DNA of 64,000 bases, from contig OZ024740.1 of assembly GCA_964016885.1 (NCBI GenBank), forward strand, positions 279,124,001-279,188,000. Reading direction: 5' to 3'. Each line of letters begins with the position of its first letter. Positions within the stretch are counted from its first letter, which is position 1. Positions 1 through 11,920 of the stretch are shown piece by piece. The position numbers were made by a program, and so were the translations under genes. The notes beneath the pieces were generated by a model. That model had not been told where the DNA came from. It worked only from the letters and a program-made list of their open reading frames with translations, and did not search any database. This DNA comes from Eledone cirrhosa (taxonomy: Eukaryota).

Positions 1-449
1 CCTCCCCCCCGCCCACTCTCACGCACACAAAATTCGTTTCTGTGAGAAAAATATTAAATATATATACAGTACAGTTTATATATTTAGAGATCTAAGATAT
101 GAAACTAGCGCTACTTAGTTTCACGTCAACGGCAAGTCATACATATATACAATGATCTCCAAAATTCCACTTACAAGGTATTGATCACTGTTATATTAGA
201 ATACACTTGTCAAAGATGTTGTGCAATGGGATCGAACATGGAACTACATGCACATACATACAAATATAATATGTACATATAGTTATCAAAATCTGAGGTG
301 TACCTGTGTTTATGTTTAATGATGAAAACCAATGCTGTGTCAAAAAGCATGACCTAGCAGTCCAATAAATATAGAGTGATGAAATAAGTTACCTTGTTAC
401 CATGTTCCTGCAGCTGATGTACAGAAAAAGGGTCTCAATCTGTCTTCAC

Positions 450-965
450 TTTTATCAGTCTTGAGCAAGTTTTGGAGCCTGGTACTTGTTGGTCTTTCTT
501 TTTCACAGGTCTTCTTTCCCAGTTGCACGCCAAGTAGTTATTGGTCTGCCTCTCGGTCTCTTGCTCCCATGTGGTATCTAGTTCATGGCAATCTTAGCAG
601 CTGACTAACAGGGAGGTGCAAGATGTGACCAGTAAACTGGATGCCCTTTATGTTCAGTTTTCTTGACTTTGTATGCCTCACATTGTCTCTACATGATACC
701 TTCAAGATTCTATGAAGGCATTTCATATGCAAGATGTCAAACAGATTAACAACTTTTGAGGTCGATTTCCAAGTCTCGCATGCATATAAAGCAGTGGAGA
801 GAACTATTGTGTTGTACTGGCTGAGTTTTATTTATTTGTTGATCACATTTGACACTCAGATTTTCTGGAGTTGTTTGAAGACTGAACTGGCTTTTGCTAA
901 CTTGGTTTTGATATCTTATTCAATGTCACCAATGTGGGATTGTACACTCCCCATGCAAATACAAC
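450..965 (-). mobile_element. Old RTE-like LINE fragment (C-terminal RT region), degenerate
   Basis: Minus strand reads, with stops, ...GDIE*DIKTKISK...LYACETWKST...KCLHRILKVS, typical of the region after the RTE RT. Confidence 0.6.
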
Positions 966-1199
966 TGATGATAATGCAAATGATTTATTCTGTTCTGCAG
1001 TCTTAATAATATCAGTATTAGTAACATATTTTTCAAACATAAAATCATCCATAAGCATATATGGTTGTCTCTTGATCCCCAAACAAGGAACAAAATTGAT
1101 TACATCTCCATCAGTAGCAGATGGCACTTGTCACTACAAGATATCAAGATCTATAGAGGAACTGATTGAGGAAGTGAATACTACTTGCTCTTTTCAAAA

Positions 1200-1990
1200 C
1201 TAAAATTGAAGTTCAAGAGACTTAAGGCTGGTAGGCAAATGAAATTTGATCTCACTAAGTTAAATGAAGATTCTATTAGAGAAAAGTACTAGGGCATGCT
1301 GCAAATAGGAATAATTCCAGTACCCTCTACAAAATTTTAAGAGATCTGATGGGATCACAACCAATAGATGGTGGAGTTAACAGTGCTTCTGATGATGTCA
1401 ACATTTCAATGGACAATATTTAAGATGAATTAAATTAAAAGAAAGCTTAAAATCTCTAGCAAGCAATAAGGCAGCCAATGTAGATCTTATTCTTGTTGAG
1501 CTTCTGAAAGGGTAAGGTGATCCAATAGTAAAAGAACTGTTTGTATTAATAAATATAATTTGGCACACTGCAAACGTCCTTGATGGGTGGAAATGTGGGG
1601 CAGTTGTGAAACTCCCTAAGAAAGGCAATCTATATGACTATGACAATTGGTAATAGCCAGGAAAATGTTGTGCCGAGTGTTATTAAAGTGTTTGGAGAAG
1701 CACATTCACCTTAAACTAAGAGAAGAGCTGGCAGGTTTCAGACATGGAATGTCATGTAATGAACAAAATTTTGCCCGACGGAACATTACTGAACAATCAT
1801 TACAATACTGTAACCCATCAACTTTGTAGTCACAAGAAGTCCTTTGATAGCATATATTAACGCAGATCATGGAAAATACTGAGGGTATATGGTATCCCAC
1901 AACAGTATATACAGGTTTTCTAAGAATTATACACAAATTCATGATGTGTCAAAACAGAGTATGGTACTACTGGTTACTTTGAAGTCAGCA
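1200..1990 (+). mobile_element. Old RTE-like LINE RT fragment, degenerate
   Basis: LPKKGNL...DNW and LREELAGFRHGMSCNEQ resemble the N-terminal RT motifs of non-LTR elements; many stops and frameshifts. Confidence 0.7.
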
Positions 1991-2269
1991 TAGAATGGTT
2001 TCTATTCCTTCATGTGATCCATCAATTTGTGCATTAAAGACTCTAAGCAAGACATTAACCTCTTCAGTGCCGTAGACAAGATAACTCATCCTAACATGTA
2101 TGCATTCCAGTGCCATGGACAAGTTAACTCGTCCTAACATGTTTGAGCTCGTTTCCAATAGTTCATAATTTCAAAGTTATGAATTTGTTTCCGGGGTTAC
2201 TAGTTTATTGATGTGACATTTGTCAATCAAAATAATCATTTTACTGAATAAAAACCTGGCACAGCTACT

Positions 2270-2428
2270 GAAGCTGTGTAAATTATACGTGGCAGTCAAC
2301 AGGTTAATACCATGTTGAGGTATTTCATTGACAGGGTCTTGCAATAACTTAAAGTATTGCTCAATAGTGGGAGCATGTTCTTGAATTATGGTAACTTTGG
2401 CATGCCTTGTCTGAAAGTGGACAGTAAT
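2270..2428 (-). mobile_element. APE-endonuclease fragment of a decayed LINE
   Basis: VTIIQEHAPT...YFKLLQDPVNEIP resembles the TIIQVYAPT...FY..LQ motif of LINE endonucleases. Confidence 0.55.
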
Positions 2429-2430
2429 TA

Positions 2431-2654
2431 CTGTAAATACTTGAATATAAGCCAATACGACTATAAGCCAATATGACTATAAGCCAACCCCACTATTTTA
2501 TGCCTGAGGAATGGGCAAAAATCCAAACCTTATTTACATAGAATTTGAACTTGGTGAAAATTATCAAAATATTGTCTCTGAATATATGCACACCCCACCT
2601 TCTCAATCAATTTTTTTATTACATATTCCTCGGATTATATTTGAGTATATACAG
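2431..2654. mobile_element. Tc1/mariner-pogo-type MITE
   Basis: Imperfect TIRs ctgtaaatacttgaatataagcc / ggattatatttgagtatatacag, flanked by TA on both sides; internal repeats of tataagccaa. Confidence 0.7.
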
Positions 2655-3299
2655 TAAGCATTCACTAATTGGCTTCCATCCAATCAATGCTTCCACAACT
2701 GTCTTATTGAAGCAAATGCCAACACCTAGGATGTGATCTTTTGGGGGACCTCAATACATTATTGTAATATCTTCAGATTTCATTATTCCACTACCAGTCC
2801 ATCTTATTTCTCACAATCCAAGGATGTCAGTTCTATATTTCATCAGTTTCTTGATTACCTGTGCCAACTTCCCCAGATTGATGGAGGGTGCAAACATTCC
2901 ATATTGCTAATGATGTTATTGTTTTGACATGGAAGATTTTAGTGTTCAAGGTACTGTCTTCCTTTCAGCTTTGACCAGCATTTGTCATTATCACATCAGT
3001 TGATGGTACCTCAGCTCTACCATGCCCAACTTGATTCATGTAGTTTCTTCTTGTGGTTTCTGTATTATGATGATTTTTACAGGGTGACGTTACTGGCCCA
3101 ATGCCAACCTTCTTTCATCAAACTGGTTTAGGACAGTCTATGGCAGAGTTGATAAAATAAGTACTGGGTCGATATCAACTAGATCTTTATGAACTTTGTC
3201 CCAGCATGCTTATAAATCAATAATCGAATCAGTAAAACAGTATTTATATATTTTTAATGATTTGATCTGGACAGAAGTATGAGGAGACTGGTGAGATCA

Positions 3300-5256
3300 A
3301 TACTGTTTGTTTTTATTGAACAGCTGGAAATTGACAGCTGCTGAAAAAAGTTGTGTAGGAATTATTGGGAGATAATATTGTTAACAGTAAGATTGTGTGA
3401 AGTGGCTAATAGTGGTGTATGTATATAAGGGTGTGTGTACGTGTACAGTGCTGTGAAGGTAAATATAGAGGTGTGAGTGTGCTATTTGTTGGTCTGTATA
3501 AGCTGTAAGAGTGTATGTTTTTGACCATAACAGAACCATAGGAAACTAGGGGGTGAATGTACGTGTGCGACAACAGATGGAGTAAAGATGACAGTGGCAA
3601 GGGGTAGAGAGATAAGTATGAGCATATGTGTGTAAGATTAAAGAAATTGGGGAGGGGAGTTGAGTCCATTGAGGAAACTGGTCCCAATGTGGAAAATCAG
3701 ACTCTCTTCAGTTGTGGTGCACGAGGCCTGTGATTCATGATGTAAAAGGACACCAAGGACTGAGACATGTAGGGAAGAGTGGCCTGGGGAACGGAAATGA
3801 TGAGCGACAGGGGTATCCATACCTAGTTGTATGTCCCTCAAACGTTCAGCAAAATGGTCTGCCAAACAGTGTCTTGTTTGTCTGATGTATAAGGATCCAC
3901 AAACGAAAAACTGGAGGGCATAGACTACGTGGGTGGATGTGCAGGTGAAAGAGTGGCGAATACGGGATGAACCATTGGTGTCTGTGAGAGTGGTGAGGTT
4001 AGAAATGAATGGACAGGTGTTACAGTGGGGATGAGAACAGGGACGAGAGCTGGATGGAGTCCTAGGAGAAGAAGGGAAGGAACTATGTACCAGGAGTTCG
4101 CAGAGATTACAGGTGCGCTTAAAGGCGGTGACGGGTGGGTTTGGAAAGAAGCGAGAAGTGACGGGGTCAGAAGAGAGGGTGCGGAAGCAAAGGATATGTT
4201 GCTAGAGAGGTAGGGTGATGGGGTAGTAGGTGAGGGAGAAAGGAAGGGGGTATTGGAAGGGTGGTGGTGGGGTGAGAAGGCTGTGATATGGTCAGTTTCA
4301 CGGGCATGGGTGAGGGCAGCTTGGATCAGGGTTGGGGGGGTATCCACGCTGGATGAAGCGGAAAGCCATGTGAAGGGAATGGGTCTCGAAATAGTGGTCC
4401 TGGCTATAGAGCCGATGAAGATGGAGGAATTGAGAGTAGGGTATGGAGAATTTGGTGTGGGTGGAGTGAGAGTTGGTGAAGTCGAGGTAGGAGTGGGAAT
4501 CAGTGGGCTTATAGAATATAGAGGTAGAATATAGAGTGTGTGGTGAGTGTGGTTGATAGAAAGTGAGATATCAAGAAATTGGACTGAAGAGTTGGAAAGA
4601 GGTGGTGAAGGTGAGGGCAGAATGAAAAGACTGGACAAAAGAAAGAAAGGAGTTGAGCTGTTTACAGGAGAGAGAGGTGGTGCTGATGCAATCATCGATG
4701 TAACAACCGTATAGTTTATGGCCGAACCAGTGTACTGGGTGAAGATCATGGCCTCAATGTAGTCAAAGAACAAGTTGGTGTCGTTAGGGCCCATTCTTGT
4801 ACCCATGGCTACCCCAGAGACCTGTTGGGAAAACTCTCTGGAAAAGGAAAAACCATTAAGAGTGAGAACAAGCTCAGCAAGGTGGAGAAGATTAGATGTA
4901 CTAGGGTAGTTGGAGAGCATGGAGGTCGTCATCATGAGGGATGAGTGTGTAGAGAAAGTTGATGCCCATGGAAAAGAGAAGGTAAGAGGAGGGGAAGGAG
5001 TCAAACAGTCGAAGGGCAGGATTAGTGTCGTAGATGTGGGACGAGGGCAAGTGTGTCAAGATATTGGGAGATAATCTTGGTAGGGCAGTTACAGGCTGAA
5101 ACAATAGGGTGGCTGGGATTATCGGGCTTATGTATCTTGGAGAGGAAGTAGATGGTGCGAGTATGAGGGGTGCGTACTGTAAGATTAGTGGCAGTTGGGG
5201 GTAGGAGAGATGAAGAGATAAGTTGATGAATGGTGGAGGACACAAGCTGTTGGTAG

Positions 5257-5260
<4 letters not shown>
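3300..5260 (-). mobile_element. Penelope-like element (Neptune-like), frameshifted RT plus GIY-YIG endonuclease
   Basis: YFLSKIHKPDNPSHPIVSACNCPT; LAELVLTLNGFSF...QQVSGVAMGTRMGP; VQFLDISLS; Cys linker CSHPHCNTC; PVAHHF..PGHS...LIFHIGT...GLN; 5' end abuts (TA)n. Confidence 0.9.
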
Positions 5261-5299
<39 letters not shown>

Positions 5300-5524
5300 T
5301 ATATTGTGTTAAGTAGAAATTGTTTTGGTAAAAACAGGAACAAGCAGGAGAAAGCTCCCTACATTCGTAGTTTGCATCATCCACTTTTCTAAAAAAAAGT
5401 ATATCATATGCAAACGCCAACATCAACAGTTTTCCAAGAGATGTCAACATGAATGGACCTGTTATTTTTCTTTAAAAACATTTTTTCCAATTCCGCCCTT
5501 CACTCTTTCTAATTTCTCATTCTT

Positions 5525-5560
5525 TCTTCAAATGAAGGACTAGCATCCAAAACGTTAAGA
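5525..5560 (+). ncRNA. Degenerate minimal hammerhead-like motif in an inverted PLE terminal repeat
   Basis: tctt-CAAATGA-agga ctagca tcc-AAAA-cg-TT-aaga: type I topology, but both core boxes are mutated (expected CTGATGA and GAAA). Confidence 0.4.
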
Positions 5561-5640
5561 CCCTCTTCCTGCTATTTCAAGCGTTAACCTAATATATTCC
5601 TTCCATATATTGTACTGATTGTGTTGAACCTGTTTATAGA

Positions 5641-5925
5641 ATTCTTTCTGCCTTTGTTACTCTAAATACAGCTTTAAAGAATTAGCTTTTAAAGAATTCC
5701 CCTTTCTTTAAACCAATGACCTCCACCCATCCTGTAGAGACCTGAAATATAGGCATTGTTAGCTTAAGAGAAACCTAAAAAATAAGGAGTGGTACTCCAA
5801 TCTGAACTTGTCTATAGTATTCTTTCTGCCTTTGTCACTCTAAATATGAATTATAGCTTTAAAGAATTAGCTTTTAAAGAATTCCCTTTTCTTTAAACCC
5901 ATCAACCAATGACCTCCACCCATCC
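5641..5925 (+). repeat. Direct duplication of about 95 bp (5641-5732 and 5818-5925), probably within a PLE terminal repeat
   Basis: attctttctgcctttg...gctttaaagaattagcttttaaagaattccc...aaccaatgacctccacccatcc occurs twice. Confidence 0.8.
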
Positions 5926-5990
5926 CAATCCCGACCCTCTCCTACCACCAGAAAAGATATAAATACCACCATATTTACTTGGACAGTCAG

Positions 5991-6037
5991 CTTCCTGATG
6001 ATTTCGCATGAATGAAACAGTTCTAGTCCTGTTGAAG
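5991..6037 (+). ncRNA. Type I hammerhead ribozyme motif (PLE-type), GUU cleavage triplet
   Basis: cttc-CTGATGA-t ttc gcat gaa t-GAAA-cag ttctagtc ctg-T-T-gaag; stems I, II and III all pair. Confidence 0.7.
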
Positions 6038-6127
6038 GTTTTTTCTATATTAAACATTTATACTCTTCTATGTATTGAGTACCTTACTTACTGTGGTTAC
6101 CTCCGATTGAACCCGGATTAACTTATA

Positions 6128-6176
<49 letters not shown>

Positions 6177-6296
6177 GGCAAGTTTGTGTGTATGAAATTG
6201 TATATGTATGTGTATGTAATATATAAATTTATGAGATAAACTAATTATGGCAGTATGGATATCAAAATTAAGTTGTTTTTCTTTTACTCATTGCAG

Positions 6297-6339
6297 TTTT
6301 GACATGGTACATTTTGGTCATGCCAATGCCATCCGACAG
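6297..6339 (+). CDS. PCYT2: PCYT2 (ethanolamine-phosphate cytidylyltransferase) internal coding exon, (C)FDMVHFGHANAIRQ
   Basis: ttgcag acceptor after a pyrimidine tract, gtgagt donor; encodes the HxGH cytidylyltransferase motif (HFGH); phase 0 end joins the next exon in frame. Confidence 0.93.
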
Positions 6340-6729
6340 GTGAGTGTAGAATTTTTATAAATTTCTGATATAATTATCAAATCTTACTTCCTTCAGATTA
6401 TTTCCATAAGCATAGAGATGACGTTTCAGTTATGTCAAAGACACGACAACCTTCCTAGTTCTGGTGCATTGATAAAATGCATGTTGTGCACTCAGTAGGG
6501 TTTGGAGATATATGTAAGAAAGAGGTAACCTCTACTCTGTTTGAGCTGACATTGGCTCTGATTAAGTACTCACTTGGTCTATGATGGCCTGTCCAACCCT
6601 TGCCATCAGGGAAAATGAATGTAAAATAATGATGATAATGGTGTGCAGTTATCTATACACATACTGTGTTTTCTTTGCATAGTCATTGCATTCACTGCTT
6701 CTCCTTTTTTCTGTGATATATATATATAT

Positions 6730-6895
6730 AATGAAGGAAGTATGGTAAGGAACCAGGTGGACCATAATGCACCAGAGTACTCAATATTTAGGGTTGTAGA
6801 GTGGGTAATAGGAAAATGTTCAAGACCCCGACGGCAGAGCTGAAGCCGTCCAAACAGCTTAAGCTCTGCCGTCGGGGTCTTGAACATTTTCCTAT
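6730..6895. mobile_element. PLE terminal-repeat fragment with a perfect 34-bp inverted repeat (6808-6841 / 6862-6895), inside (TA)n
   Basis: ataggaaaatgttcaagaccccgacggcagagct is exactly inverted; homologous to 23648-23790 and 22615-22690; contains the 3' half of a hammerhead (AAAC..gc...gccGTC-gggg). Confidence 0.75.
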
Positions 6896-6990
6896 ATATA
6901 TATGTATATATTCAGTTCTGTACGAGCGAGACACGGTCTCCCAACCAATCCGGCATCAAGTGAAACAAAACTGTCTAACCCATGCTAGCA

Positions 6991-7034
<44 letters not shown>

Positions 7035-7141
7035 GTGACCTTGAGCCAATCGTCAGTGAAACGCACATAACAGGTTGATACACAATAAAAATCTTATACA
7101 TGTAAACAAACCGTTCTCATTTTTTCTAATATATATAAATA

Positions 7142-8026
7142 GAAATAGTGGACACCTTCCGTTACCTGGGTGACAAAATCAGCTGTGGTGGAGGGTGCTC
7201 TGAAAGTACGGTAGCTAGAGTCAGAACGGGATGGAAAAAGTTCAGAGAGCTTATACCACTATTGGCCGCTAAAGGATTCTCCCTAAAAATGAAAGGCAGA
7301 CTGTATGATGCCTGCATACGAACAGCAATGTTACATGGCAGTGAGACATGGGCATTGTGTGCAGAGGATCTGCGCAGACTGGAGAGGAACGAAGCTTGCA
7401 TGCTCCATTGGATGTGTAATAGTAATATACGTGAACGGCAAAGCATAAATGAACTAAGTGAGAAATTAGGAATAAGAGGGATCAGATGCTCTTTACTCGA
7501 GAGAAGACTACGTTGGTATGGTCACGTGATGCGCATGAAAGACGACAGCTGTATAAAAAAGTGCAGGGCGATCAAAATAGATGGAAGCTACGGAGTAGGC
7601 AGACCCAGAAAAACCTGGGACGATTTGATAAATTCCGACCTTACACACTTACACCTCTCCAAGACAAGGTCACTGGACTGATATCTTTGGTGCTACGCAG
7701 TAATACAGAAGACCCGCCTTGCCTAAGTACAAAGCGAAACCTACAGTCAGTAGGCACCTCCTAACCAAAAATACACCCCCATCTACACCACCCTTTCTCT
7801 GTAAAGTTATGTTGGTGCCACAACATCCAGTCCTAAATAAATGAGGTTGGGACCTCCCAGTTCACACTGTAAACGTGGTTGGTGTTAGGAAGGGCATCCA
7901 GCCGTAGAAAAGTCGCCAGACAGTCCTATACGAGCAAGACAACCAATCTTGCCTCACGTGGGACAATTCCCGTCTAAACCCATGCTAGCGTGGAAGATAG
8001 ACATTAAACGATGATGATGATGATGA
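7142..8026 (+). mobile_element. 5'-truncated RTE-clade LINE (C-terminal ORF plus 3' UTR)
   Basis: FRYLGD...LYDACIRTAMLHGSETW...RLRWYGHVMRM...GRPRKTW; 3' end acccatgctagcgtgg...aaacg(atg)n. Confidence 0.92.
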
Positions 8027-8425
8027 CTAGCAGAATGGCCCGGCGTTGCTTGGGATTCTAAACATAGATTGGCATGTTTATCCCTCCTTTCCAAAACAGT
8101 ACAGAGAAGTACGGAATACCTCGGCCTTGTGACCGTTGAATAGGAGATTCCACTGACGATTAGTTTGTCCGCCTTGTTCTTTTTCGTGCCGCTTTCGCAG
8201 TATTTTGGCCAATGGAGTATCTCGTCCTTCGAAGCATGACCTAAAAGCAGGATGAAGTACACTAAGACTAACTGGTAGAGTAAGGAGTAAACTTGTCAGT
8301 GATGCATGTGATTTCCGAACCGTTGACTATGATAAGCCATGAGTGCCGTCTTAACCGGTGCGCGACGTTATAGCTATGCATCTATCTGCATTATGACATT
8401 ATGAAAACATTGACTTCGCTATCTG
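8027..8425 (-). mobile_element. Non-autonomous Helitron-like element (3' end at 8027)
   Basis: Minus strand ends cccaagcaacgccggg (hairpin-like) ccattctgCTAG|t, the Helitron 3' signature; 5' boundary uncertain. Confidence 0.6.
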
Positions 8426-8447
8426 TGTGTGTATATATGTATATATA

Positions 8448-8501
<54 letters not shown>

Positions 8502-8550
8502 TTAGTTGAACCAAAGAGGGCTCGATAAGGATAAATATATATCATCATTA

Positions 8551-8795
8551 TCTATAAAAGGCAGATTGTTGTTGTTGTGTGTGTGTGTGAGCATGTTCCA
8601 TGTTTATACATTTGCACAATTTCAAACTGATTCGACTCAAAGTCTGTAAGAATGTTGTAAATGGTCTAACTTAGGTCAACGACTATTTATTTCATTCACC
8701 CTCACCCACAATTACGGAAATAATCGATAAAACTAAATACATGACGCTTTACCCCTCTAATAGAATCTGATTAACTCTCTCTACTCCCCTTAAAC

Positions 8796-8839
<44 letters not shown>

Positions 8840-9612
8840 TTTTTTTTTGAGTGTGGAACGGTCAAACATTTATTTACTTCATGTCAAAGAGAACTTATTA
8901 CATTTCATACGAAACAACAATTATTCAAAAGCAACAGATAAATTTATTCAACAACAAAAAAAATAGTGTTAAATCTTTTTTAAAACATCTATCAACGAAC
9001 GTGGAAGAAAGAAGTATCAGTTCATTTACTATACACAATAATATACTCTATGAGGTCACTAAACCTGCTAGAAACAGCAGCTAACTCTCCCCCATATCAC
9101 ACCACTCCCTACTGTCTTAAATTTAGAAAACATATCCTCTATGAGGTCACTAAACCTGCTAGAAACAGCAGCTAACTCTCCCCCATATCACACCACTCTC
9201 TACTGTCTTAAATTTAGAAAACACATATCCTCTATGAGGTCACTAAACCTGCTAGAAACAGCAGCTAACTCTCCCCCATATCACACTCCTCCCTACTGTC
9301 TTAAATTTAGAAAACACACATTAGACAACCATGCAGAACAACTCCATTGCAGCTCTGTTGTTCGGCTGGCATCGTCTACACGCGTGTTGCGCAAGTATTG
9401 TGAAACAATAAATTTCAACACTTCTTTGCACAGAGATAATATCCATAGGCGAAACTACAATTGTCACTGCTGGCGCAGCTCCTGCTTCGGCAGTCCAGGA
9501 CTGCAATTCATTCACCCAGTGTCTGGCAGACAAAAAAGTGCTGCCATAAAATGGGTGGTGCAACCTAACTTTGGTAACTTACTGACCCCGAGCAATGCCA
9601 GTCTACCTCTAC
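8551..9612 (+). mobile_element. Possible non-autonomous Helitron-like element with internal microsatellites and a captured tandem repeat
   Basis: A|TCtataaaaggcag start followed by (gt)n; degenerate ccccgagcaatgccag hairpin-like end near 9586-9612. Confidence 0.4.
9044..9320 (+). repeat. Tandem repeat, 3 copies of about 91-93 bp
   Basis: ctctatgaggtcactaaacctgctagaaacagcagctaactctccccc... begins at 9046, 9137 and 9230. Confidence 0.92.
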
Positions 9613-9723
9613 TGCGGCTTCCCTCCACTGGGATTTCCTGGCACATTTTCACCCAGTGATCAAAACTGGAATTTATGTAAGTGAAATGTGTTCCTGGGCT
9701 GTTTTGGAGAACAGTAAGTCCAA

Positions 9724-9950
9724 TTAATCCTTTAGAATTCACATTACTCTATATATACTATTATATTTTCATGGTAAAGGCTTTACCTCGCATAATATCT
9801 CACATAATATTGAATCTATGAGATTTTGAAAGTATTTATTTTGAGAACAATACCTTAACATCAGTTTGAGTGACCAGTTACAGCCAGTTTCAACAGAAAA
9901 AGGTAGAGAATTCTGGCCGGTTTTGGCCGATTTGAACATTAAAGGGTTAA
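9724..9950. mobile_element. TTAA-flanked piggyBac-type MITE
   Basis: ttaa-tcctttag ... taaaggg-ttaa; homologous to 10301-10489. Confidence 0.7.
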
Positions 9951-10062
9951 GTACAGACTTAGTCTGTGAAGATCTGTCCAACCCATGCCACCATGAAAAA
10001 TGAAGGCGTTGATGATTCTTGATTCTCTGATAACATCGATATTTTTTTAACATTTTTCTCAG

Positions 10063-10108
10063 GCTAAGCAGATGGGAGATTATTTGATTGTTGGTGTTCA
10101 CTCTGATG
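10063..10108 (+). CDS. PCYT2: PCYT2 coding exon, AKQMGDYLIVGVHSD
   Basis: tttctcag acceptor, gtaagt donor; GDYLIVGVHSD is typical of the PCYT2 N-terminal domain; phase 0 in, phase 1 out. Confidence 0.95.
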
Positions 10109-10300
10109 GTAAGTAAACATGACTGAAATATTTATTTGTATTGATTTCATCATTCTGTTTACTCAGTTGTTGCACATGTTTATTTTCCCTGATACTCTTA
10201 TTGCCAACTAGAGTGTGCTCATATTTCGTTTATCTCAATAAAGTTTTTCTCCTTTTCAACAATCATCTCATTTATGTCTGGCTTCACTCACCACTCTCTA

Positions 10301-10489
10301 TTAACCCTTTAGCGTTTACATTACTTTATATATACTATTATATTTTTATAATAAATCTATGAGATTTTGATATTTATTTTGAGAACAATACCTTAACATT
10401 AGTATGAGCAGCCGGTTACAGCTGGTTTGAACAGAAAGAGGTGAGAGAGTTCTGGTTAGATATGGCCGGTTTAAAAGCTAAAGAGTTAA
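10301..10489. mobile_element. TTAA-flanked piggyBac-type MITE
   Basis: ttaa-ccctttagc ... gctaaagag-ttaa; shares internal sequence (aatctatgagattttga, gagaacaataccttaacat) with 9724-9950. Confidence 0.75.
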
Positions 10490-11724
10490 TCCTTTTTTTT
10501 CTTCTTGTAAATACAGTCCATCAAAAATCTCATCAATAAGTAACTCCATGTCCCTCAATGTTTTTGTTGCTGAGCCCTAAATAACCTCTGTTCAAGCACT
10601 GCTATAGTCATGGCTTTTCCATCTGTGATCATCTGAATTTTTTTGTTTTTCTTTTTTAAAGCTTTAATGTATCTAGATCTACCAATCTAATGTGTTATTC
10701 ATGTGCTTTATATAGTTATCCACTTTGTGTTTATTCCAACAGTATAAGTTTATTTATATGATAATCATTACCACCATCTCCCATTACTATTATTCCTGTA
10801 ACTGCTCTTTCTCCTCCTTTCCATCACTCATCTATCACTTCACCTATCTCCAATCTCCACCATATTCTTCATCTTCCAACCATAGCTCTCTCTCCTCTTT
10901 GCTGCATCACTTACTGTTGATTGTCAAACTCACTCTCCCATATGGTCCTATCACCCTTCTATATTACTATACCCCCTCCCCCTGCCTCTCTTGTTATCTT
11001 ATCAACAACCAGCATGTAGCCCCATCAGCCTGTCTACTTTACATAACCATACACCTGTACCTATTTTAGCCACCACACCCCCTCCCATCTCTACTCTTGA
11101 ACACATTTGCTCTGGAACAAGGCGACCCCTTCTAATGTTCCTCATAGACATCACTTCTTATCTCATTCACTCTTGGTCATGCCTGCCTTGGTGCAAAGTG
11201 TACACCCTAGGGTTGGTGCCACAACAAAAGGCACTTGGTATACTTTGTAAAGTGGCTGGCATTCATCTGGTAGAGAGGACTCTTCAGTTACATCTAGGAC
11301 ATGACAATCTCTGGTGCCATGATAAAATGTACCCAATACATTCTGTAAAGTAGTTGGCATTAGGAAGGACATCCAGCTGTAGAAACCATGCCAAGAAATG
11401 GAATGTATTGAGCAAAATTAGGTCTCCAACACATCTAGAAGTAGCATTGATTAAGTATTGACTTAATCGGTAACAGCCTGTTGAACCCATAGCAATAAGG
11501 AAAACAGATATAAAATGATGATGATGATGAGATAGACTGTCATATAATAAGTGTTATAACAAAAAAACCTTGGTGTTATGCTATGATGCAGGGGATAATA
11601 ACAAAAATTATTCATATTTTTCCAAGTGATGATTTTATTGTATGTTTGCATATGAAAAAAGAACACAACATATATTTCTGAAGATTTTTAGATATTTTTA
11701 TATTCATATTTCTTAATATTTCAG

Positions 11725-11810
11725 ATGAAATTGCCAAACATAAAGGCCCACCAGTATTCAATGAAAAAGAGCGCTACAAAATGGTCCGAGCCATCAAATG
11801 GGTTGATGAA
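11725..11810 (+). CDS. PCYT2: PCYT2 coding exon, (D)EIAKHKGPPVFNEKERYKMVRAIKWVDE
   Basis: tttcag acceptor, gtgagt donor; HKGPPV...ERY...IKWVDE signature; phase 1 in, phase 0 out. Confidence 0.96.
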
Positions 11811-11920
11811 GTGAGTTTTTTAAAATACTTTTTACTTAAGTAATATTTTTATGACGTAATTACAAATATTTCTGGTTTATGCATGTGTGCATCTGTTAGA
11901 ATCAACTTAACACAGATTAG

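Noticed and set aside
3925-5004. 359-aa Ser/Pro-rich ORF as a host gene
   Set aside because: It drifts in and out of the frame of a frameshifted Penelope-like RT; only short parts are real RT sequence.
1-6296. First coding exon of PCYT2 (expected to end roughly ...W.DGC)
   Set aside because: No convincing match found by eye; it is probably upstream of the window.
9141-9659. 172-aa ORF with an internal repeat
   Set aside because: It arises from the about 92-bp tandem repeat, has no recognisable domain and lies in a PCYT2 intron.
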